Assembly: GCA_050260975.1 (NCBI GenBank)
Contig: JBLNCV010000166.1
Span: forward strand, 830-64,829
Direction of reading: 5' to 3'
DNA: 64,000 nucleotides
DNA from: Syntrophothermus sp.
GTDB lineage: Bacteria; Bacillota; UBA5301; JAMCQP01
Under the pieces are notes generated by a model, which ran no database searches, was not told the origin of the DNA, and saw only the letters and a list, made by a program, of their open reading frames with translations. Positions 60,097 through 64,000 of the stretch are shown in pieces (within the stretch, counting starts at the first letter, position 1; each line of letters starts with the position of its first letter). The position numbers were made by a program, and so were the translations under genes.

Positions 60097-61095
60097 TCAT
60101 TGTACTCCGGCCAGAACCTCCACCGAATCCGGGCTTTGCGCGCTCCACTTGCCGCATCTATCGCCCCAACGCGCCACAACCTTCCCTTCCATCCGGATCT
60201 GCACCACTTCGCATCGGTTCGGGCAACCCTGGCACTCAAAGCTTGATGCTTCATAGTGAATTTCACTGGCTTCAAAGCCCTTGAAGCAGGTGGCGCCGCC
60301 CTGGGCGATCTCTTCTCTGGCCAGGATCGCGGCGCCTATGGCCCCCATCACATTGAAATATTCGGGCACCAGGACCTTTTGTCCCAGAGCTTTCTCAAAA
60401 GCCGCCCGGATCCCGGCGTTGGCCGCCACTCCTCCCTGAAATACCACCGGCGGCAACAATTCTTTCCCTTTTCCGACGTTGTTCAGGTAGTTTCGCACCA
60501 GGGCGTCGCAGAGGCCGGCAATGATGTCCTCCTTTCGATGCCCGGCCTGCTGTTTGTGAATCATGTCCGATTCCGCAAACACCGAGCACCTGCCGGCGAT
60601 GCGGACGGGTGCTCTAGCCTGCAAGGCCAGTTCACCAAACTGCTCGATGGGGATATTCAGCCGTGCCGCCTGGTGATCGAGAAAAGAGCCTGTCCCCGCC
60701 GCACAGACGGTATTCATGGCAAAATCGGCGACCACGCCGTTACGCAGGACAATCAGCTTGGAATCCTGGCCGCCGATTTCCAGGACGGTCTGCACCCCTG
60801 GAACCACCTGGAGCGCCGCCACCGCATGCGCGGTGATCTCATTTCTGACCGTGTCCGCGCCAACCAGGACGCCGGTAAGGTGGCGGCCGCTCCCGGTTGT
60901 CCCCACCGCTTTTATCGAAACCAGGTCTCCAACTTGCTGGCCGATCTGCCGCAAGCCATCCTGGACAGCTTTGATCGGTTGCCCGTTGGTTCTGATGTAG
61001 AGGCTCTCCAAAACGTGATTCTTTTCGTCCAGGACAACCAGATTGGTACTTACCGAACCTACGTCGATCCCCAGGAAACCATCCACAGCTTCCAC
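60097..61095 (-). CDS. BadF/BadG/BcrA/BcrD-type ATPase (CoA-substrate-specific enzyme activase, HgdC-like)
   Basis: ASKHA-fold N-terminus GIDVGSVSTNLVVLDE, a second phosphate motif, and a C-terminal Cys cluster (CQGCPNRCE). Confidence 0.7.
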   Translation of the reverse strand: MEAVDGFLGIDVGSVSTNLVVLDEKNHVLESLYIRTNGQPIKAVQDGLRQIGQQVGDLVSIKAVGTTGSGRHLTGVLVGADTVRNEITAHAVAALQVVPGVQTVLEIGGQDSKLIVLRNGVVADFAMNTVCAAGTGSFLDHQAARLNIPIEQFGELALQARAPVRIAGRCSVFAESDMIHKQQAGHRKEDIIAGLCDALVRNYLNNVGKGKELLPPVVFQGGVAANAGIRAAFEKALGQKVLVPEYFNVMGAIGAAILAREEIAQGGATCFKGFEASEIHYEASSFECQGCPNRCEVVQIRMEGKVVARWGDRCGKWSAQSPDSVEVLAGVQ

Positions 61096-61182
61096 CCTCC
61101 AGAAATGATTTGACCTTGCCCGGGAACTGGTTTGGCAAGGGTTTACTTTATTCTTTCTTGAAGGGCGGGGAATTATCCGGCA

Positions 61183-62748
61183 TCAAAATCTGTAACGCAG
61201 CACGGCCTCGACACCACCACGAGGGGGCTCAGCGGTATTTCCCGGGAAATATTTCTCGGAAACCTCGTATCTTATTCCTACTATCCAATGCGCGCCCAGA
61301 TGCTCTTCCCAGGCGGCCGCCAATCCCCTGGCCAGGTAATCTGACCGCCGGGACCCGTCTTCCTGAAAATTCTTATAACTTGCCCTAACCCCGAGGGAAA
61401 GCCGTGAAGTCCCGTATTTACGACTCGCCATCCCCCTGAATATTTGCGTGATGCTGGGGCCGGTAGAGGCGCCCTCCCCGGTGTCCCCCACCAACCGGTA
61501 TTCCCATCCAAAGGAATAGCCCTCTTCATCCCAGTGGCTGCCACGGCCAGATGCTTCCCACCCCATCCACCGACTGTCTCCGCCGCGGCGATCCCCCCGG
61601 CGATCTCCCCGTAGGGAAAGAAGGAGCCGTTGATGGGGAAGATGATCCTGCACCCAGAAGACACGCATGGTCTGATGCAGGTATTCCAGGGATGTTCCGG
61701 CCGGTCTCGGTATCTCATCCGGCCCGGAGGTCTTTTGCCGGAGATCGTAAGCCATGCACACCCTGCCTGTTTTTGGCAAAGGCCTGGCGACAGCCAGATT
61801 CATCGCCAGGCTGCGCCAGGACTTGGACTGGAAAAGAGGGTACACCCGGTTGGTGTAACCAAACCTTGTCTTTATCCCCGGAGGCGCATCGACTTTTAGG
61901 GAAAACGTATCGGTGCGGCGGGCCTTTTCGGGAACCGCCTTGCTGGCAAAATGGTCCCTGCTCGCGGTTACGCCGGCAAAACCGGAGATAGCGGAAACCC
62001 GCCGCCGGTAAGAGACGGAAAGGGCTTCTGCTGCTTCAAGATCTCCCCGGCCGTCCCAGCGATCCGGCCAGTACCGATCCCTCAGCCGGCCGGAAAGCGC
62101 CAGGTCCGCGCTCTCATGCGGCTTGAGCAAAACCTCGACTGAAAAGCTGTTGGCCAGGGAACCGGCCTTCTCGAAGCGAGTAACCGTCTGGTCCTTGATC
62201 TTAATGCTTTTTAGCCCCCGGTCTTTTGCGAACCGCGCCGCTGCTTCCGCTCCCAGCATCATTGATTGACGGTTTTCAAGGTTCTCAACCACGGAGGTAA
62301 GGCGCCCGTCCAGGTGGAAATCTTTCTGCGTTTCGCTTTCCAGGGGAGCATCCCCATTTCCGGACGCCCGAAGTTCTTCTTTCTCGCTGGCCGGGCCAGT
62401 TCCTGCAAAATTCGTCAGAAGCTCGTCACTTTCCCCGGTCTTCCAGAACTCCCAGGTTTCCTCGGGCTCCCATGGATCCTCTTGCTCCCATGGATCCTCT
62501 TGCTCCCATGGCTCCTCCGGTTCCTGGGCTCCGTCCGGTTCCCAGGGTTCCCAGAGCTCCCAGCCTTCCCAACTGTCACCGCTTCCGCCCGTCCATAAAC
62601 GTTGCGGTGTCCCGGCGTCCGTGTCAAACGCCTCGGCGCTTACCGTCGGCGTCTGCATCGCCAGGAGCGCCAGGATTTCCAGAGCCGCCAGGACCAGGCT
62701 TGCTTGCTTGCTTCCTTGCACACGCCACGATTTGATTTTTTTCAGCAT
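61183..62748 (-). CDS. Secreted protein with an N-terminal acidic Trp-rich tandem repeat region (PWEQED x n) and a C-terminal beta-barrel-like domain ending ...AVLRYRF
   Basis: Signal peptide, then EPWEPDGAQEPEEPWEQEDPWEQEDPWEPEETWEFW encoded by 18-bp direct DNA repeats at about 62460-62520. The C-terminal about 350 aa are rich in alternating Tyr/Arg/Gly and end in Phe, as in OMP85-sorted beta-barrels. Confidence 0.45.
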   Translation of the reverse strand: MLKKIKSWRVQGSKQASLVLAALEILALLAMQTPTVSAEAFDTDAGTPQRLWTGGSGDSWEGWELWEPWEPDGAQEPEEPWEQEDPWEQEDPWEPEETWEFWKTGESDELLTNFAGTGPASEKEELRASGNGDAPLESETQKDFHLDGRLTSVVENLENRQSMMLGAEAAARFAKDRGLKSIKIKDQTVTRFEKAGSLANSFSVEVLLKPHESADLALSGRLRDRYWPDRWDGRGDLEAAEALSVSYRRRVSAISGFAGVTASRDHFASKAVPEKARRTDTFSLKVDAPPGIKTRFGYTNRVYPLFQSKSWRSLAMNLAVARPLPKTGRVCMAYDLRQKTSGPDEIPRPAGTSLEYLHQTMRVFWVQDHLPHQRLLLSLRGDRRGDRRGGDSRWMGWEASGRGSHWDEEGYSFGWEYRLVGDTGEGASTGPSITQIFRGMASRKYGTSRLSLGVRASYKNFQEDGSRRSDYLARGLAAAWEEHLGAHWIVGIRYEVSEKYFPGNTAEPPRGGVEAVLRYRF

Positions 62749-62872
62749 AAAAAGCCCCCTGCCGGCATTGGCTGGTGACGGCCAGAGAGGGGGAACATAA
62801 GGAGAAAGTCGTGTTAAGGCAAGTATTTTTCAGGCCGGGCGATGGACAATGATAGACATGATCTTCCAAAGG

Positions 62873-63961
62873 TTAGATCCTGCCGTGCCGTAAGTAGGCC
62901 GCCGGCAGGTACTTTTTATACAACGGCACGTTAAATCCCGCGCTTACCGGCTCTTCCACACGTAACCTTGCCAGAGCGCCGAGGTCCACATCGGCAACCA
63001 CAACCTCTTCCTGGTCAAAAGTGGCTGCCTGCGCGACGATTCCCGTCCCGTCCGAAGTAAGCTCCAGGGGAGCCAGGATGCTGCTCCTGCCGGTAAACGG
63101 CAAGCCCATGAATTCGCCCACCATGGAACTCCCAATCCCGATCACCTGGCTCTCCTGCACCCTTGGCCAGATGCCGCGCAAGGCCATCCATAGGTTATAC
63201 GGTTCAGGGTTGGCGGAAGGAACGACGACGATCTCCGCCCCGGCCAGCGCAACCATCCGAAACGTTTCAAAATAGGTGGCGTCCATGCACACCGGCAAAG
63301 CTATCCTGCCAAGGAGGGTATCAAAGACCTGAAAGCTTTCGCCCACTGATAAGCCCCAGGCCGCCTCCTCCGGCATCAAATGTACTTTGGGCTGCCTGCC
63401 GATGAGCAGGCCGTCCGGCCCAAAAAAGTAGCCGAGATTCCGGACCTCCCCGGTTTCATCGGGCAAAACCGCGCTTCCAGCGATGATATACACTCCAAAA
63501 CGCCTGGAGAGTTCCGCAAAGGTTGTCTCATAGATCCTTCTCACCGCGGGAGCCAGAGCGCGAAAGATCTCCGCCACCTTCACATCGCCGCCGACCATGG
63601 TGTCCAACGCCTCTCGCATGGAAGTTCCGGCGCCCATCTTTTCGATTCCGGGGAGAAATCCAACCAGGGGGATCCCACTGTACTCCGGGAACACAATCAA
63701 TTGCGCGCCACGTTCCACCGCCTCCCGGCTGAGCCGGTAGATCTTCTCCACGTACCGCCCCGCGGAACCCGTGAGTTCCAGGCGCATCTGAACGCTGGCC
63801 ACCCGGATCTGACGGGCCGGCAGGTGGTTGCAGTTGGGGGAACGGCTGATCTGCTTGGAGTCCAAATGCCTTTTAACCCGCCACGGGCCGGATCTCCATA
63901 GCAAAGAATAGTTGAAGGCCCGTTCCTTCAGCCAATTGGCTGCTTTTTGGGAGGGTCGCAT
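62873..63961 (-). CDS. Carbon-nitrogen hydrolase (nitrilase superfamily) amidohydrolase
   Basis: The catalytic triad context (FPE, K, and C in PVCMD) is present. The start is uncertain between 63961 and an internal start near 63787-63799. Confidence 0.65.
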   Translation of the reverse strand: MRPSQKAANWLKERAFNYSLLWRSGPWRVKRHLDSKQISRSPNCNHLPARQIRVASVQMRLELTGSAGRYVEKIYRLSREAVERGAQLIVFPEYSGIPLVGFLPGIEKMGAGTSMREALDTMVGGDVKVAEIFRALAPAVRRIYETTFAELSRRFGVYIIAGSAVLPDETGEVRNLGYFFGPDGLLIGRQPKVHLMPEEAAWGLSVGESFQVFDTLLGRIALPVCMDATYFETFRMVALAGAEIVVVPSANPEPYNLWMALRGIWPRVQESQVIGIGSSMVGEFMGLPFTGRSSILAPLELTSDGTGIVAQAATFDQEEVVVADVDLGALARLRVEEPVSAGFNVPLYKKYLPAAYLRHGRI

Positions 63962-64000
63962 TTTAAATTAGCCTCCCCCTGGCTCTCGTAGACTTTCGGA

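Noticed and set aside
62440-62540. Near-perfect 18-bp direct repeats (CCATGGATCCTCTTGCTC...), initially considered as a CRISPR or VNTR locus
   Set aside because: They are in-frame codons for the PWEQED protein repeat of the secreted protein. There are no spacers and no cas genes.

Overview
This 64 kb window is a high-GC (about 60% by eye) chromosomal segment that looks Firmicutes/Clostridia-like; almost all genes lie on the minus strand. The organism-level inference rests on Bacillus-type synteny (yabE, ksgA, veg), Veg, DUF881 and CstA. Gene content, left to right: a lytS/lytT two-component pair; a very large lipoprotein built from two degenerate 5'-nucleotidase-like modules; an operon ubiD-ubiA-ABC transporter (SsuA/NMT1-like binding protein)-NlpC/P60; acyl-CoA synthetase; PfkB kinase; cstA; DUF881; a tRNA-Thr/tRNA-Gly pair; a CaCA cation exchanger preceded by what reads as a Mn2+ (yybP-ykoY) riboswitch with a terminator expression platform; an 11-gene nuoABCDHIJKLMN complex I operon with no nuoEFG; a tRNA-Val/Glu/Lys cluster; purA; an F-type ATP synthase operon that stops after the Fo genes (atpZ-like, atpI, atpB, atpE, atpF) with no F1 genes; veg with tandem consensus promoters; ksgA; a YabE-like 3D-domain protein; a radical SAM protein; dnaB with an overlapping DnaD-like gene; GAF-GGDEF and TPR proteins; a BMP-family nucleoside ABC transporter with an internal terminator; ABC-F; GDT1; PHP; murA; prs; two tandem paralogous unknown proteins; an ABC-2 exporter with a LolA-like protein; an orphan BadF/BcrAD-type activase; a secreted acidic Trp-rich repeat protein with a beta-barrel-like C-terminus; and a C-N hydrolase. 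I found no rRNA, CRISPR array, transposase or integrase. The long plus-strand ORFs that overlap minus-strand genes are high-GC antisense artefacts. Start codons were often re-placed using RBS spacing and N-terminal conservation, so many starts are approximate. All family assignments come from reading motifs by eye, not from database searches.
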